Shown here in pieces: positions 9,590-20,383 of a stretch of 64,000 nt of DNA. This DNA comes from Alphaproteobacteria bacterium. Its GTDB lineage: Bacteria > Pseudomonadota > Alphaproteobacteria > Bin95. The position numbers and the translations under genes are program-made. Within the stretch, counting starts at the first letter, position 1. Every line of letters starts with the position of its first letter. Location of the stretch: positions 928,001 through 992,000 of the forward strand of contig CBDBGH010000003.1 in assembly GCA_965205265.1 (NCBI GenBank), in the 5' to 3' direction. The notes beneath the pieces were generated by a model. It ran no database searches. It was not told the DNA's origin and saw only the letters and a list, made by a program, of their open reading frames with translations.

Positions 9590-9964
9590 TTACTCGCCTC
9601 CGATTGCCTGCTTTCTTGTGACCCGTTGCCCAGAGGCGCGGGCGATCTCCTGCAGGCGCCGGAAGCGCTCGTCGTCGGTTTCGATTGCCGCATCGAGCCC
9701 GTGCCGGAAGGCGGCGAGCGCCAGGCCCGGCCTGTCGGCGCAGTCGAGGCGGCCGCGCAGCGTCTTGTCCGGAAAACGCGCGGCCGCGAGATCGACGAGC
9801 TTGCGGAAGAAGAGCGGCCCGAGCGTCAGCGCGCCGCCGGGCGGGCTCACCAGCAGCACGCGCCCGGCCGGGCATTCCGCCAGCTCGGTCGCGACGGCGT
9901 CGAGCGAGGCCGCGCCCTCGATGACCGCTTCGGCGGCCTTGGTCTTGCGGTCTTCCGGGGCCAT
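9590..9964 (-). CDS. hypothetical protein
   Basis: 124-aa ORF (LVSPPGG...G...LDCADRPGLALAA) filling the gap upstream of dddL; the longer ORF-track version is a shadow of ghrA. Confidence 0.6.
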   Translation of the reverse strand: MAPEDRKTKAAEAVIEGAASLDAVATELAECPAGRVLLVSPPGGALTLGPLFFRKLVDLAAARFPDKTLRGRLDCADRPGLALAAFRHGLDAAIETDDERFRRLQEIARASGQRVTRKQAIGGE

Positions 9965-10000
9965 TATGGCCGCAGAATGGCATGGGGGGCGCTTCAGCGC

Positions 10001-10927
10001 ATGGTCCTGGTCTGCAAAACCGGCGGCGCCGGCGATGACGAGCGGTGGAAGGCGGAGCTGCGCCGGCTGATGCCGGACCTCGAAATCCGCGACTGGCCGG
10101 ATATCGGAGAACCCGCCGAGGCCGAGTTCGTGCTGCTCTTCCACAGCACGCCCGGCCTGTTCGACGGCATGACCGGGCTGCGCGCCGTGCTGTCGGCCGG
10201 CGCGGGTGTGGACGGCTTTGTCGACGACCTGCCGGCGGGCGTGCCGGCCGCGCGGCTGGTCGATCCCTGGATGCAGACCGCAATGGCCGCCTGGGCCGTG
10301 CATGCCGTGCTGCATTTTGCGCGCAACATGCCGGCCTATGCGGCCCAGCAGGCAAGGGGCGTGTGGCGCGAGCGGTTCGAAGCGTATTTCGAGCCGCGCC
10401 GCGTCGGCATTCTCGGCTGCGGCGAGATCGGCCGGCGCACGGGCAGCGCGCTCGCCGATCTGGGCTTTCGCGTCTCGGGCTGGACGCGGACCCCGCGGGA
10501 CCTGGGCGGGCTGGAGAACCTCCACGGCGCGGACGGTCTGGACGCCATGCTCGCCGAAAGCGAGTTCCTCGTCTGCCTGCTGCCGCTGACGCCGGGGACG
10601 GAAGGCCTGCTCGATGCCGGGCGGCTGGCGCGGCTCCCCGAAGGCGCCTTCTTCGTCAATGCGTCGCGCGGCAGGGTCGTCGTGCAGCGGGACCTGCTGG
10701 CGGCGCTGGATTCGGGCCGGATCGGCGGGGCGTGGCTCGATGTCGTCGAGCCCGAACCGCTGCCGCCCGGCGACCCGCTCTGGCGCCATCCCAGGGTCCG
10801 AATCACGCCCCATGTGGCGGGCGTCACCAATCCCGTCACCGGCGCGGCGCTGGTCGCGGAGAACATCCGCCGCGCCCGGGCCGGCGAACCCCTTACCCAT
10901 CCTGTTGACCGTAACCGAGGATATTGA
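10001..10927 (+). CDS. ghrA: glyoxylate/hydroxypyruvate reductase A-like 2-hydroxyacid dehydrogenase
   Basis: GAGVDG, GILGCGEIG, LLPLTPGT, NASRG, LDVVEPEPLP, ITPHVAG. Confidence 0.8.
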   Translation: MVLVCKTGGAGDDERWKAELRRLMPDLEIRDWPDIGEPAEAEFVLLFHSTPGLFDGMTGLRAVLSAGAGVDGFVDDLPAGVPAARLVDPWMQTAMAAWAVHAVLHFARNMPAYAAQQARGVWRERFEAYFEPRRVGILGCGEIGRRTGSALADLGFRVSGWTRTPRDLGGLENLHGADGLDAMLAESEFLVCLLPLTPGTEGLLDAGRLARLPEGAFFVNASRGRVVVQRDLLAALDSGRIGGAWLDVVEPEPLPPGDPLWRHPRVRITPHVAGVTNPVTGAALVAENIRRARAGEPLTHPVDRNRGY

Positions 10928-10932
10928 ACCCC

Positions 10933-11685
10933 ATGGGAAGCCTTCAGGGAAAACGCGCGCTGATTACCGGCGCCGGCACCGGCATCGGCCGGCAACTTGC
11001 GCTCGACCTTGCCGGGGCCGGCGCGGAGGTAGCGATCTGCGGCCGCCGGCGCGGCCCTTTGGACGAGACGGCGCGGCTCGCCGATGGCGGGATCGATGCG
11101 CATACCGCCGACCTGGCCGACCCGGACGAGGCCTTCCGCCTCGCCGACGCGGTCGGGCCGGTCGATATCCTGGTCAACAATGCGGGCTTCTCCTCCGTCG
11201 TGCGCAGCACGCGCTATGTCGGCCCGGAGGAATGGCGCGCGGTCATGGATGTGAACACGCTCGGCCCCGCCATGCTGACCCGCGCGCTGCTGCCGCCCAT
11301 GATCGAGAAGGAGGCGGGCGATGTGGTCACCGTCTCGTCCATGGCCGCGATCTCGCCGAGCATCATGGCCGGCGCGCCGTACAGCGCCGCCAAGGCTGCG
11401 GTCCGCGCCTGGATGGATGTGCTGGCGGCAGAGGTGCAGCGCTACGGAATCCGGTGCATCACGGTGTTTCCGGGCGAGGTCGATACGCCGATCCTGGACC
11501 GCCGCGCCCTGCCGCCGGATGCCGCGGCGCGCGCAACCATGATGATGCCGGAGGACGTGTCCGCGGCCATCGTCATGGCGCTCGCCCTGCCGCGGCGGGC
11601 CACGGTGTCCGAGATCGCCCTGGTCGCCACCGAACCCCGCGACCGGACGGAGGATGTCCGCGCCGCCATGGAGAAAACCGGCTGA
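10933..11685 (+). CDS. SDR family oxidoreductase
   Basis: TGAGTGIG, NNAG, YSAAK, PGEVDTPIL. Confidence 0.9.
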   Translation: MGSLQGKRALITGAGTGIGRQLALDLAGAGAEVAICGRRRGPLDETARLADGGIDAHTADLADPDEAFRLADAVGPVDILVNNAGFSSVVRSTRYVGPEEWRAVMDVNTLGPAMLTRALLPPMIEKEAGDVVTVSSMAAISPSIMAGAPYSAAKAAVRAWMDVLAAEVQRYGIRCITVFPGEVDTPILDRRALPPDAAARATMMMPEDVSAAIVMALALPRRATVSEIALVATEPRDRTEDVRAAMEKTG

Positions 11686-11896
11686 GCGGCGCCCCGCCCC
11701 CGGCAGACATTTCCCCAAGCGGCCCACTCCAGTCCACCGAATACGCGCGCTGGGTCGAGTGTATCGAAACGAAAGCGACCCGGCAGTCGGGCCGTCGGTC
11801 AGCGGCTGTGCGGTTTGTATGGGGACGACCCCTTAAGCCGCCGGCCGGTCTGTTCCGCGAGCGCGGTGCCCGATCCCGGCTTGCGGACCCGGCCGG

Positions 11897-12457
11897 CTAA
11901 CGGGGCGACCGGCGCGGACGGGGCTTGGGCGGCGGGCCGGGCAGATCGAGGCCGTGCCGGCTGGCCCACACATGGACGTAGTGGCGCGCCTTTCTCTGGC
12001 GATGACCGTGCGGCCGGTCCGGCAGGAGGCGCAGAATGTCTGCGATTTCCCTGTAGGATTTTCCGGCTGAGCGCAGGTCGAAGGCGCGCCGGACCGTTTC
12101 GGCAGGCAGAGCCTTTTCGCTCCGGGCCCGGCCGGCGCATTGTCTGGAGCAGTAGGCGGCCTTTTTGCTGTGAGGCCGGAAGATGGTTCCGCACTGGGCG
12201 CAAGGCCGCGGCGCGGGAGGGTCCTGCCGCCGCCGCTCAAAGACTTCCCCCTGGCCCTCCGCCTTGCTGGCCACCTGCTGAACCCTTTGGGGGGTGACGC
12301 CCACGGTCTCGCCGACCGACTTCAGGGATTGGCCCTGCTCCAGCAGCGCCTTGGCCCGGGGCCACCAGGCCGGCAGGCGTTTCGGCCCGGCCGAACGCCC
12401 CCCTATCGGCCAGCCGCGCAGCGGGCGGTCGAGCGTTTCGAACCAGGGGCGCCTCAC
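11897..12457 (-). CDS. hypothetical DNA-binding protein (HTH, Cys4 Zn finger, HTH)
   Basis: [20 protein letters not shown]; CAQC...YCSRQC; [11 protein letters not shown]; GTG start overlaps leuB stop (GTGA). Confidence 0.65.
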   Translation of the reverse strand: MRRPWFETLDRPLRGWPIGGRSAGPKRLPAWWPRAKALLEQGQSLKSVGETVGVTPQRVQQVASKAEGQGEVFERRRQDPPAPRPCAQCGTIFRPHSKKAAYCSRQCAGRARSEKALPAETVRRAFDLRSAGKSYREIADILRLLPDRPHGHRQRKARHYVHVWASRHGLDLPGPPPKPRPRRSPR

Positions 12458-13569
12458 GCCGCGAGCCTGTCGAGTTCGGCGAGCACGGCGTCGCCCATGG
12501 CGGAGCAGGAGACCGGCCGCTGGCCGTCGCCGGCAATGTCGGCAGTGCGCACGCCTGCCGCCAGCACGTTCTCGACCGCGCCGTCCACGAGGTCCGCATC
12601 CTCGCTCATGTCGAAGCTGTAGCGCAGCATCATCGAGAATGATAGCAGTTCGGCGAGCGGATTGGCACTGTCCTCGCCGGCGATGTCGGGCGCGCTGCCA
12701 TGCACCGGCTCGTAGAGCGAGAGCCGCCGGCCGGTCGTCGGGTCTTCGGCGCCGAGCGAGGCCGAGGGCAGCATGCCGAGCGAGCCGGTCAGCATCGCCG
12801 CGCAGTCCGACAACAGGTCGCCGAACAGGTTGTCGGTAACGATCACGTCGAATTGCTTCGGGTTGCGCACGAGCTGCATGGCGCAGTTGTCGGCATACAT
12901 GTGCGAAAGCTCAACATCGGGGAACTCGTCGTCATGGATGCGCTGCACGTCCTCCCGCCACATCTTGCCGCTCTCCATGACATTCGCCTTCTCGACCGAC
13001 ATGACGCGGTTGGAACGCTTGCGGGCGAGCTCGAAGCCGACCCGCGCCACGCGCTCGACCTCGGGCGTCGTATAGACCTGCGTGTTGATGCCGCGCCGCA
13101 CGCCGCCCCCCAGGTCCTCGATGCCGCGCGGCTCGCCGAAATAGATGCCGCCGGTGAGCTCGCGCAGGATCATGATGTCGAGGCCGGAGACGACCTCGCG
13201 CTTCAGCGAGGAGGCGTCCGCGAGCGCATCGAACACGATGGCCGGGCGAAGATTGGCGAACAGGTCCATCTCCTTGCGCAGGCGCAGCAGGCCGCGCTCG
13301 GGCTGGATCTCGAAGGGCAGCGTCTCCCATTTCGGCCCGCCGACCGAGCCGAACAGCACCGCGTCGGAAGCGACCGCGTCGGCGAGCGTCTCGTCGGTGA
13401 GCGGCAGGCCGTGCGCGTCGATGGCGCAGCCGCCGACCAGCCCCTCGGAAATGTCGAAGGAGACATGACGGCGCCGGTCCATCCAGTCCACCACGCGGCG
13501 CACCTGACCCACGACCTCGGGACCGATGCCGTCGCCGGCGAGAATGAGCAGCTTCTTGTTGGCGGGCAT
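12454..13569 (-). CDS. leuB: 3-isopropylmalate dehydrogenase
   Basis: [55 protein letters not shown]. Confidence 0.97.
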   Translation of the reverse strand: MPANKKLLILAGDGIGPEVVGQVRRVVDWMDRRRHVSFDISEGLVGGCAIDAHGLPLTDETLADAVASDAVLFGSVGGPKWETLPFEIQPERGLLRLRKEMDLFANLRPAIVFDALADASSLKREVVSGLDIMILRELTGGIYFGEPRGIEDLGGGVRRGINTQVYTTPEVERVARVGFELARKRSNRVMSVEKANVMESGKMWREDVQRIHDDEFPDVELSHMYADNCAMQLVRNPKQFDVIVTDNLFGDLLSDCAAMLTGSLGMLPSASLGAEDPTTGRRLSLYEPVHGSAPDIAGEDSANPLAELLSFSMMLRYSFDMSEDADLVDGAVENVLAAGVRTADIAGDGQRPVSCSAMGDAVLAELDRLAA

Positions 13570-13636
13570 GTCCGGCCCCTCCTCCTCCGATTCGCCGAAC
13601 ATAGCGCCCGCGCCGCCGCCCCGGAAGCGCCGGGCC

Positions 13637-14611
13637 TCAATGCTCCTTGACGAAGGGCCTTCCCAGAGCGCGGGGCGGAATGGCGCGGCCGAAGAAGCCG
13701 GCGAGCAGCACGACCGTCATCGCGTAGGGCAGCACCGAGACGAGCGCCACGGGCGCCGGGCCGATCAGCGGCAGCTCCATGCCCTGGAACCTGGGCGCGA
13801 CCGTGTCCAGCAGGCCGAACAGCAGGCAGGCGAAGAGCACCGGCAGCGGCCTCCAGCGCCCGAAGATCAGCGCCGCGAGCGCGAGGAAGCCCTTGCCCGC
13901 GCTCATCTCTCGCACGAAGCCCGCGCCGTGGGCGATGGAGAGATAGGCGCCCGCAAGGCCGCAGAGCAGGCCGGCGATGAGGATGCCGCGATAGCGCAGC
14001 GCCGACACCGAAACGCCGGCGCTGTCCACCGCCTCCGGCAGTTCGCCCGCGGCGCGCAGCCTGAGCCCGAAGCGCGTGCGCCAGAGGAACCACCAGACCA
14101 GCAGGACGGACAGGAACGCGGCATAGACCAGCAGGTTGTGGCCGGAGACCAGCTCGGCATAGAGGGGCCCCAGGAGCGGAACCTCACGGAGGCTTTCGGC
14201 AAAGGGCAGGGCGATGGGCGAAAAGCGCTCGCCCGCGCCGAGCGCGGGCGTGTGGCCGCCATGGCGGAAGAGCGCATTCGCCACCACCACGGTCATGCCG
14301 AGGGCGAGGATGTTGACCGCGACGCCGGAGACGATCTGCTCGCCGCGATGGGTGATGCAGGCGAAGCCGTGAACGAGCGCCAGCATAACGGAGGCCGCGA
14401 GCGCGGCGGCAAGCCCGGCCCAGGGCGAGCCTGTGAGCGTGGCGACAGCAGCGGCCGCGAAGGCGCCGGCCAGCAACTTGCCCTCAAGGCCGATATCGAC
14501 GATGCCGGACCGTTCGGAAACGAGCCCCGCCATGGCGCAGAGGATGAGCGGCGCGGCGAGCCGGGCGGTCCCGTCCAGGACCGTCAGCATGTCGATCCAG
14601 ACCTCAGGCAT
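13637..14611 (-). CDS. nucleoside ABC transporter permease
   Basis: [42 protein letters not shown]. Confidence 0.9.
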   Translation of the reverse strand: MPEVWIDMLTVLDGTARLAAPLILCAMAGLVSERSGIVDIGLEGKLLAGAFAAAAVATLTGSPWAGLAAALAASVMLALVHGFACITHRGEQIVSGVAVNILALGMTVVVANALFRHGGHTPALGAGERFSPIALPFAESLREVPLLGPLYAELVSGHNLLVYAAFLSVLLVWWFLWRTRFGLRLRAAGELPEAVDSAGVSVSALRYRGILIAGLLCGLAGAYLSIAHGAGFVREMSAGKGFLALAALIFGRWRPLPVLFACLLFGLLDTVAPRFQGMELPLIGPAPVALVSVLPYAMTVVLLAGFFGRAIPPRALGRPFVKEH

Positions 14612-15698
14612 GGGCGGCGTTCCGTGCGAGAAGGAGCCGCGCCAGCCAGGGCGTGAACATGTAGGCGAGCGCGCCGGAGAAGAGGATCACCAGCCCCTGG
14701 ATCACGAGCGCCAGCTCGTAGGTGATGGTCTCGAACTCGAAATTGAGCTCCGCCCCGCCCTGGAAGAGCGCGCCGAACAGGAGGCCCGCCGCGAGGATGC
14801 CGAGGGGATGGTTGCGGCCCATGAGCGCCACCGCAATGCCGGTGAAGCCGTAGCCGGCGGAGAAGTTGAGCACCAGCTTGTGCTGGACGCCCAGCACCTC
14901 GTTGAGCGCCATGCAGCCGGCGAGCGCGCCGGAGAGCGCCATGGCGACCACCACCGCGCGGCGGACCGGAATGCCGGCATAGCGCGCCGCCTCTTCGCTG
15001 TGGCCGATGGCGCGCAGCGCATAGCCGAACTTGGTGCGCCAGATCAGCACCCAGACCGCCGCGCAGGCAATCAGCGCGAACAGGAAGGACAGGTTGAGCG
15101 GCGAGCGCGCGGCCTCGAAGCCGAGGGCCCGGACGAGGTCATGGACCGCCGGCAGGCGCACGGCCTCGTCGAACAGCCGCGTCTGCGGCGAGCCCTGGCC
15201 CGGCCGCATCATCGGCCCGGAAAGCAGCCAGACCATCAACCCGGAGGCGAGGAAGTTGAACATGATGGTGGTGATGACGATGTGGCTGCCCCGGTAAGCC
15301 TGCAGCCAGCCCGGCACCACCGCCCAGGCCGCGCCGAACAGCGCCGCGCCGGCAATCGCGACGAGCACGACGAGCCAGCCCGGCAGCACGGCTTCCAGCG
15401 AAAGGCAGGCGAGCGCGACGCCAAGGCCGCCCAGCGTCGCCTGGCCCTCCGCCCCGATATTGAACAGCCGCGCTTGGAAGGCGAGCGCGGCGGCAAGCCC
15501 GGTGAAGACGAAATTAGTCGCGTAGTAGAGCGTGTAGCCGAGCGAACCCGGCCCGAAGGCCCCTTGAAGGAGCACCGCGAAGACTTCCAGCGGGTCCTCG
15601 CCGACCAGCGCGACGACGACTGCCGCCGCCAGCAGCGCAAGCGCCAGGTTGACGAGCGGCAGGACGCCGATGTCGAGCCAGCGCGGCAGGCCGGTCAC
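14604..15698 (-). CDS. nucleoside ABC transporter permease
   Basis: LFNIGAEGQ, HIVITTIMFN, GYGFTGIAVALMGRNHP. Confidence 0.9.
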   Translation of the reverse strand: MTGLPRWLDIGVLPLVNLALALLAAAVVVALVGEDPLEVFAVLLQGAFGPGSLGYTLYYATNFVFTGLAAALAFQARLFNIGAEGQATLGGLGVALACLSLEAVLPGWLVVLVAIAGAALFGAAWAVVPGWLQAYRGSHIVITTIMFNFLASGLMVWLLSGPMMRPGQGSPQTRLFDEAVRLPAVHDLVRALGFEAARSPLNLSFLFALIACAAVWVLIWRTKFGYALRAIGHSEEAARYAGIPVRRAVVVAMALSGALAGCMALNEVLGVQHKLVLNFSAGYGFTGIAVALMGRNHPLGILAAGLLFGALFQGGAELNFEFETITYELALVIQGLVILFSGALAYMFTPWLARLLLARNAAHA

Positions 15699-17248
15699 GC
15701 GCCTGTTCCCTCGGAAGCGCCGGTCATCATCAGGCCGAGCTGGCGAGCGGTGGCGCCCTTCGCCGGAACCGTACCGGCCACCCGCCCGGCATTTATCACC
15801 ATGATCCGGTCGGCGAGCGCCAGGATTTCGTCCAGTTCCGTCGAGACCAGCAGGATGGCGGAGCCCCGCTCCTTCAGCGCCATGACCTCGGCATGGATGG
15901 TCTCGATGGTGCCGATATCGACGCCGCGCGTCGGCTGGCCGAGCAGCAGAACGGCGGGCGCCGACTCGAACTCGCGCGCCAGCACGATCTTCTGCTGATT
16001 GCCGCCGGAGAAGCCGGCCGCGGGCCGTCGCGGCTCCGGCGGGCGGATGTCGAAACGCGCAATCAGCGGCTCGGCATGCGCCTGCATCGCCGCCCCGCTC
16101 GTCCAGGGGCCGGGCCCCGCGCTCTCCGGGCGGCCCAGCACGGCGTTTTCCCGGGCTTCGAACGGCAGGACCAGCCCCCGGCGCTGGCGATCCTCCGGCA
16201 CATGGGCGAGGCCGAGCGCGCGCAGCTCGGCCGGCGTTGCCGGGTGGGCCGCGTCGATGCGCCGCCCGGCGAACTCGACATGGCCCTGCTGCACGCCCGC
16301 GAGGCCGGAGAGGACATCGAGCAGTTCCGACTGGCCGTTGCCGGACACGCCCGCCACGGCCAGGATTTCGCCCGCCCGCAATTCCAGCGAGACATCCTGC
16401 AGGCGGAGGGCGCCGCCGGGATGCCTCCAGGTGAGCCCCGCCGCCCGCAGGACGGGCGTCCCGGCTCCGGTCGCGAGCGGGCGCACCGTCCGGCCGACCT
16501 TCCGCCCGACCATGAGTTCGGCAAGCTCGCCCGTCGTCGTCTCTGCCGTGTTGCGGTGGCCCGCCAGGCGGCCGTGGCGCATGACCGAGACCGTGTCGCA
16601 GACGGCCATCACCTCGCGCAGCTTGTGGGTAATCAGCACGACCGTGCCGCCGGCATCGCGGATCGCGCGCAGAATGACGAACAGCCGGTCGGTCTCGTCC
16701 GGGGTCAGCACCCCGGTCGGCTCGTCGAGGATCAGGATGCGGGCGCCCCGGAAGAGCGCTTTCAGGATTTCGACCCGCTGGCGCAGGCCGACCGGCAACT
16801 CGTCGACGAGGGCGTCCGGATCGACCTCCAGCCCGTGCGCCCGGCTCAGGCCCTCCAGCCTTGCGCGGATATCCGCTTCGCCGCTCCGGAGCCGGAAGCT
16901 GCCCTCCGCGCCGAGCATGACGTTTTCCAGCACGGTGAAGGTCGGCACCAGCATGAAGTGCTGATGAACCATGCCGACGCCGAGGCGGATCGCGTCCGCC
17001 GGGCTGCGGAGCGCCGCCGGCCGGCCGTCGATCTCCATGCTGCCCCGGTCGGCCGCATAGAGCCCGTAGACGATAGAGGCGAGCGTGGACTTGCCCGCCC
17101 CGTTCTCGCCGATGATGCCGTGGACCGTGCCGGCCGGTATGTCCAGGTCCACACCGTCATTCGCCAGCACGGCGCCGAAGCGCTTGGTGACGCCGCGCAG
17201 CCGGACGGCCGCGCGATCGGGCTGCCTGGAGCCGCCGTTCTGAGCCAA
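15695..17248 (-). CDS. ABC transporter ATP-binding protein (double ABC domain)
   Basis: GENGAGKST, MVHQHF, ILDEPT, FSGGNQQK, QPTRGVD. Confidence 0.92.
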   Translation of the reverse strand: MAQNGGSRQPDRAAVRLRGVTKRFGAVLANDGVDLDIPAGTVHGIIGENGAGKSTLASIVYGLYAADRGSMEIDGRPAALRSPADAIRLGVGMVHQHFMLVPTFTVLENVMLGAEGSFRLRSGEADIRARLEGLSRAHGLEVDPDALVDELPVGLRQRVEILKALFRGARILILDEPTGVLTPDETDRLFVILRAIRDAGGTVVLITHKLREVMAVCDTVSVMRHGRLAGHRNTAETTTGELAELMVGRKVGRTVRPLATGAGTPVLRAAGLTWRHPGGALRLQDVSLELRAGEILAVAGVSGNGQSELLDVLSGLAGVQQGHVEFAGRRIDAAHPATPAELRALGLAHVPEDRQRRGLVLPFEARENAVLGRPESAGPGPWTSGAAMQAHAEPLIARFDIRPPEPRRPAAGFSGGNQQKIVLAREFESAPAVLLLGQPTRGVDIGTIETIHAEVMALKERGSAILLVSTELDEILALADRIMVINAGRVAGTVPAKGATARQLGLMMTGASEGTGA

Positions 17249-17257
17249 GGACGGCCC

Positions 17258-18259
17258 TCAGCCGGGGCAGTTCGAGTCGCTCATATAGTCGTGGACGACG
17301 ACTCTGCCCGCAACGATGTCGACCCTGGCGGTCTCGACCGCAGCCTTCAACTCGTCGCTCAGGAGGCCGGCATTGTGCTCGTCCTGCGCCCAGCCCACGC
17401 CGTCTTCCGCAAGGCCGAGGCTGCGGATGCCGGCCGTGAACTTGCCTGCCAGCCCGTCCTTCAAGGTCTCGTAGGTGGCGACATCGACGCGCTTCAGCAT
17501 CGAGGTCAGCACCGAACCCGGCGCGAGCCCGTTCTGGTTCGAATCGACGCCAATGGCAAGCTTGCCCGCATCGGCCGCCGCCTGGATCACGCCGATGCCG
17601 CTCCTGCCGGCGGCGTGATAGACCACGTCGGCGCCCCGATCCATCTGGCCCTTGGCCAGCTCCGATGCCCTGGTCGGGTCGTTCCAGGCCGCGGGCGTCG
17701 TCCCGGTCATCGCCTGGAACACCTCGATATCGGCATTCGCGGCCTTCACGCCCTGCAGGTAGCCGCAATGGAACTTGCGGATGAGGGGAATGTCCATGCC
17801 GCCGACAAAGCCCACCTTGCCGCTCTTGCTGGCGAGCGCCGCGGCGATGCCGACGAGGTAGCTGCCCTCATGCTCCTTGAAGACATACTGGCGCAGATTG
17901 GGCCGGTCGAGCCACGAGACGTCGATGATCGCGAACTGGCGGTCGGGATAGTCCGCCGCCACCGCATCGAGGGCGTCCGCCTGGGAGAAGCCGACCGCGA
18001 TGACCATCGTGGCGCCCCGTTCGACGAGCCGGCGCATCGCCTGTTCGCGCTGGGTCTCGTTGACGATCTGGAACTCTGCGACCTTGACGCCGGTTTCCTC
18101 GGAAAACTTCTGGACGCCGTTCCAGACGCCCTCGTTGAAGCTCTTGTCGAACTTGCTGCCGATGTCATAGACGACCGCGGGCTTGAACTCGGCGGCGAAC
18201 GCCGTTCCGGCCGCAAGGGCCACGAGCATCGCCACGACTGAAATCAACTTGCTTCGCAT
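17258..18259 (-). CDS. BMP family ABC substrate-binding protein
   Basis: Signal peptide, KFDKSFNE, FKEHEGSYLVG, IGVDSNQN, LTSMLKRVD. Confidence 0.92.
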   Translation of the reverse strand: MRSKLISVVAMLVALAAGTAFAAEFKPAVVYDIGSKFDKSFNEGVWNGVQKFSEETGVKVAEFQIVNETQREQAMRRLVERGATMVIAVGFSQADALDAVAADYPDRQFAIIDVSWLDRPNLRQYVFKEHEGSYLVGIAAALASKSGKVGFVGGMDIPLIRKFHCGYLQGVKAANADIEVFQAMTGTTPAAWNDPTRASELAKGQMDRGADVVYHAAGRSGIGVIQAAADAGKLAIGVDSNQNGLAPGSVLTSMLKRVDVATYETLKDGLAGKFTAGIRSLGLAEDGVGWAQDEHNAGLLSDELKAAVETARVDIVAGRVVVHDYMSDSNCPG

Positions 18260-18307
18260 ACCGGCCCCCTTGTTCGCTGCCGCCCGTCGGCCGACAGCAT
18301 AATGCGG

Positions 18308-20383
18308 TTATCCACCCTCTCCCAAGGCCAGGACCACGCCGCCGCTGACCGGGTCGGCCGCCGTGAGGCGAACAGAGAGGGTGTCGCCCAGCCGGAAAGT
18401 CCGGCCGGTAGCGCTGCCGGTGAGAGTGTGCCGGCGCCCGTCATGGCGGAAATACTCGCCGCCGAGCGCGGCGATGGGCAGGATGCCGTCCGCGCCTTCT
18501 CCGGCAAGGCGCAGGAAAAGGCCGAAGCGCTGCACGCCGACAATGCGCCCCTCGAACGCCTCTCCCGCCCGGCCTTCCAGCAGGGCGGCGGCATAGCGGT
18601 CGAGCGCCCGGCGCTCCGCCGCCGCGGCGCGCCGCTCGGTCGTCGAGATATGCGCGGCGATGTCGTGGAAGCCCGACTCGTCCCTGAGCCCGCCCGCGCC
18701 GAGCCCGAGCGCGGCGATCAGCGCGCGATGCACCAGCAGGTCGGCATAGCGCCGGATCGGCGAGGTGAAATGCGCATAGCGCGCGAGCCCGAGGCCGAAA
18801 TGGCCGCGCAGCTCCGGCGTATAGACGGCCTGGGACTGGGCGCGCAGCACCAGCTCGTGCGCGAGCGCCGCAAAGGGCTTGTCCGCAAGCCGGGCGAGCA
18901 GGGCGTTGAACTGTTTCGGGCGCTGCAGCTCGCCGAAAGAGACGGGGTAGCCCAGGTCGCGCAGCAGGCTCCGCATCGCCTCGACCGCCGCCGGGTCCGG
19001 CCGGTCATGGACGCGCCGCATGCAGATCTGGCCTTTCGCCTCCAGCGTCTCGGCCGCCGCGACATTCGCCGCGATCATGAACTCCTCGACGATCCGGTGG
19101 GCCGTCAGCCTGTTGCGCGCCTGCACCGCGACGGGGTTTCCGCCGGCATCGAAGACCACGCGGCGCTCGGGCAGATCTAGCTCCAGCGCGCCCCGCCGGC
19201 GCCGCGCGCGTTCGAGCGCGCGGAATGCGCCTTCCAGATGGGCAAGGTGCGCAGGCGTGTCCGGTCCGTCCAGCGCCTCCTGGAGGGCGCGGTAGGTGAG
19301 CCGGGCCGAAGAGCGCATCCACCCGCGCCGGAAGCGGTGGCCGCGCAAGGCGCCCGCCGGGCCGACCCGCAATTCCACGGCAAGGCAGGGCCGCTCCTCG
19401 CCTGGCAGGAGGCTGCCGAGCCCGCCGGACAGGCGCTCCGGCAGCATCGGCACGGCCCGGTCCGGCAGATAGACCGAGTTGCCGCGCCGCGCCGCTTCTC
19501 GGTCGAGCGCGCTACCGGGCAACACAAGGGAGGCGATGTCGGCGATGGCGACCGTTACGCGCCAGCCCTCCTCGCCGTCGGGCTCGGCGAACACCGCATC
19601 GTCGAAATCGCGCGCATCGTCATCGTCCACGGTCACGAGCGCCATGCCGGTGAGGTCGGTGCGCCCGGCGGGGTCGGGCAACCGCGCGGCCTCCGCCTCG
19701 GCTAGCGCCTCGGGCGGGAACGGCTCCTCGATGCCGTGCTCCAGCAGGGTCAGCGTCGAGAGCGCGGCCGGCCCGTCATGGCGGCCGATGCGCTCGATCG
19801 CCCGGACCGCGCGGCGCTGGCCCCGCGTTCCGGACAGGACCGCGGCGCGAACGATGTCCCCGGGCTCCGCGCCGCCCGCTTCCCTGAGCGTGAACTCCCG
19901 GTTCCGTCCCCGGTCCGCCGGGCGAAACACCAGCTCACCGCCTTCCTCCGCCACGACGCCCAGCATGTCGGCGGGCGGGGCGGTCAGCCGGCGCATGACG
20001 CGGGCGAGGTAGCCGCCTTCGCCCGTTGGCCTGAGGCGCACCAGCAGTTTCGCGCCCGTGGCGGGAAGCGGGCCCGGCCCCGGCTCATCGACGACGATGT
20101 CCGGCGCGGGCACGCCCTTCCTTCCCGCCAGGCAGGCGAGCAGGTCGCCGTCTTCCGTGCGCCCCGTCACCTCCACCACGGTCACTTCCGGCAGGCCGGT
20201 CGCAAACCGCCTGCCCCGGCGGCGGTCTATCGCGCCCTCCGCTTCGAGGTCCCGCAACAGGTCCCGTAATGCCGCGCGCTCGGCGCCCTTGAGGCGGAAG
20301 GCGCGGGCAATCTCCTTGCGGTCCACCGGCCCGCCGCGTTCCGCGACGAAGGCGAGCAGACGGTCGCGGTCAGGCAGCGCCAC
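18308..20383 (-). CDS. rnr: ribonuclease R
   Basis: N-terminal HTH, TVDDDDARDFDDAV, RGNSVY, HFGLGLARYAHFTSPIRRYADL, C-terminal S1 domain; GTG start inferred. Confidence 0.9.
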   Translation of the reverse strand: MALPDRDRLLAFVAERGGPVDRKEIARAFRLKGAERAALRDLLRDLEAEGAIDRRRGRRFATGLPEVTVVEVTGRTEDGDLLACLAGRKGVPAPDIVVDEPGPGPLPATGAKLLVRLRPTGEGGYLARVMRRLTAPPADMLGVVAEEGGELVFRPADRGRNREFTLREAGGAEPGDIVRAAVLSGTRGQRRAVRAIERIGRHDGPAALSTLTLLEHGIEEPFPPEALAEAEAARLPDPAGRTDLTGMALVTVDDDDARDFDDAVFAEPDGEEGWRVTVAIADIASLVLPGSALDREAARRGNSVYLPDRAVPMLPERLSGGLGSLLPGEERPCLAVELRVGPAGALRGHRFRRGWMRSSARLTYRALQEALDGPDTPAHLAHLEGAFRALERARRRRGALELDLPERRVVFDAGGNPVAVQARNRLTAHRIVEEFMIAANVAAAETLEAKGQICMRRVHDRPDPAAVEAMRSLLRDLGYPVSFGELQRPKQFNALLARLADKPFAALAHELVLRAQSQAVYTPELRGHFGLGLARYAHFTSPIRRYADLLVHRALIAALGLGAGGLRDESGFHDIAAHISTTERRAAAAERRALDRYAAALLEGRAGEAFEGRIVGVQRFGLFLRLAGEGADGILPIAALGGEYFRHDGRRHTLTGSATGRTFRLGDTLSVRLTAADPVSGGVVLALGEGG

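Noticed and set aside
8102-10000. N-terminal extension of the 941-aa ORF and similar long overlapping ORFs (e.g. 15893-18241, 20058-22310, 52526-55321, 60025-62127)
   Set aside because: Antisense or off-frame shadows of well-supported genes; Arg/Gly/Ala/Pro-rich with no motifs.
11811-11837. GTTTGTATGGGGACGACCCCTTAAG as a possible solo IS5-family end
   Set aside because: No matching second end, TSD or transposase remnant found; it may be a simple hairpin between convergent genes.
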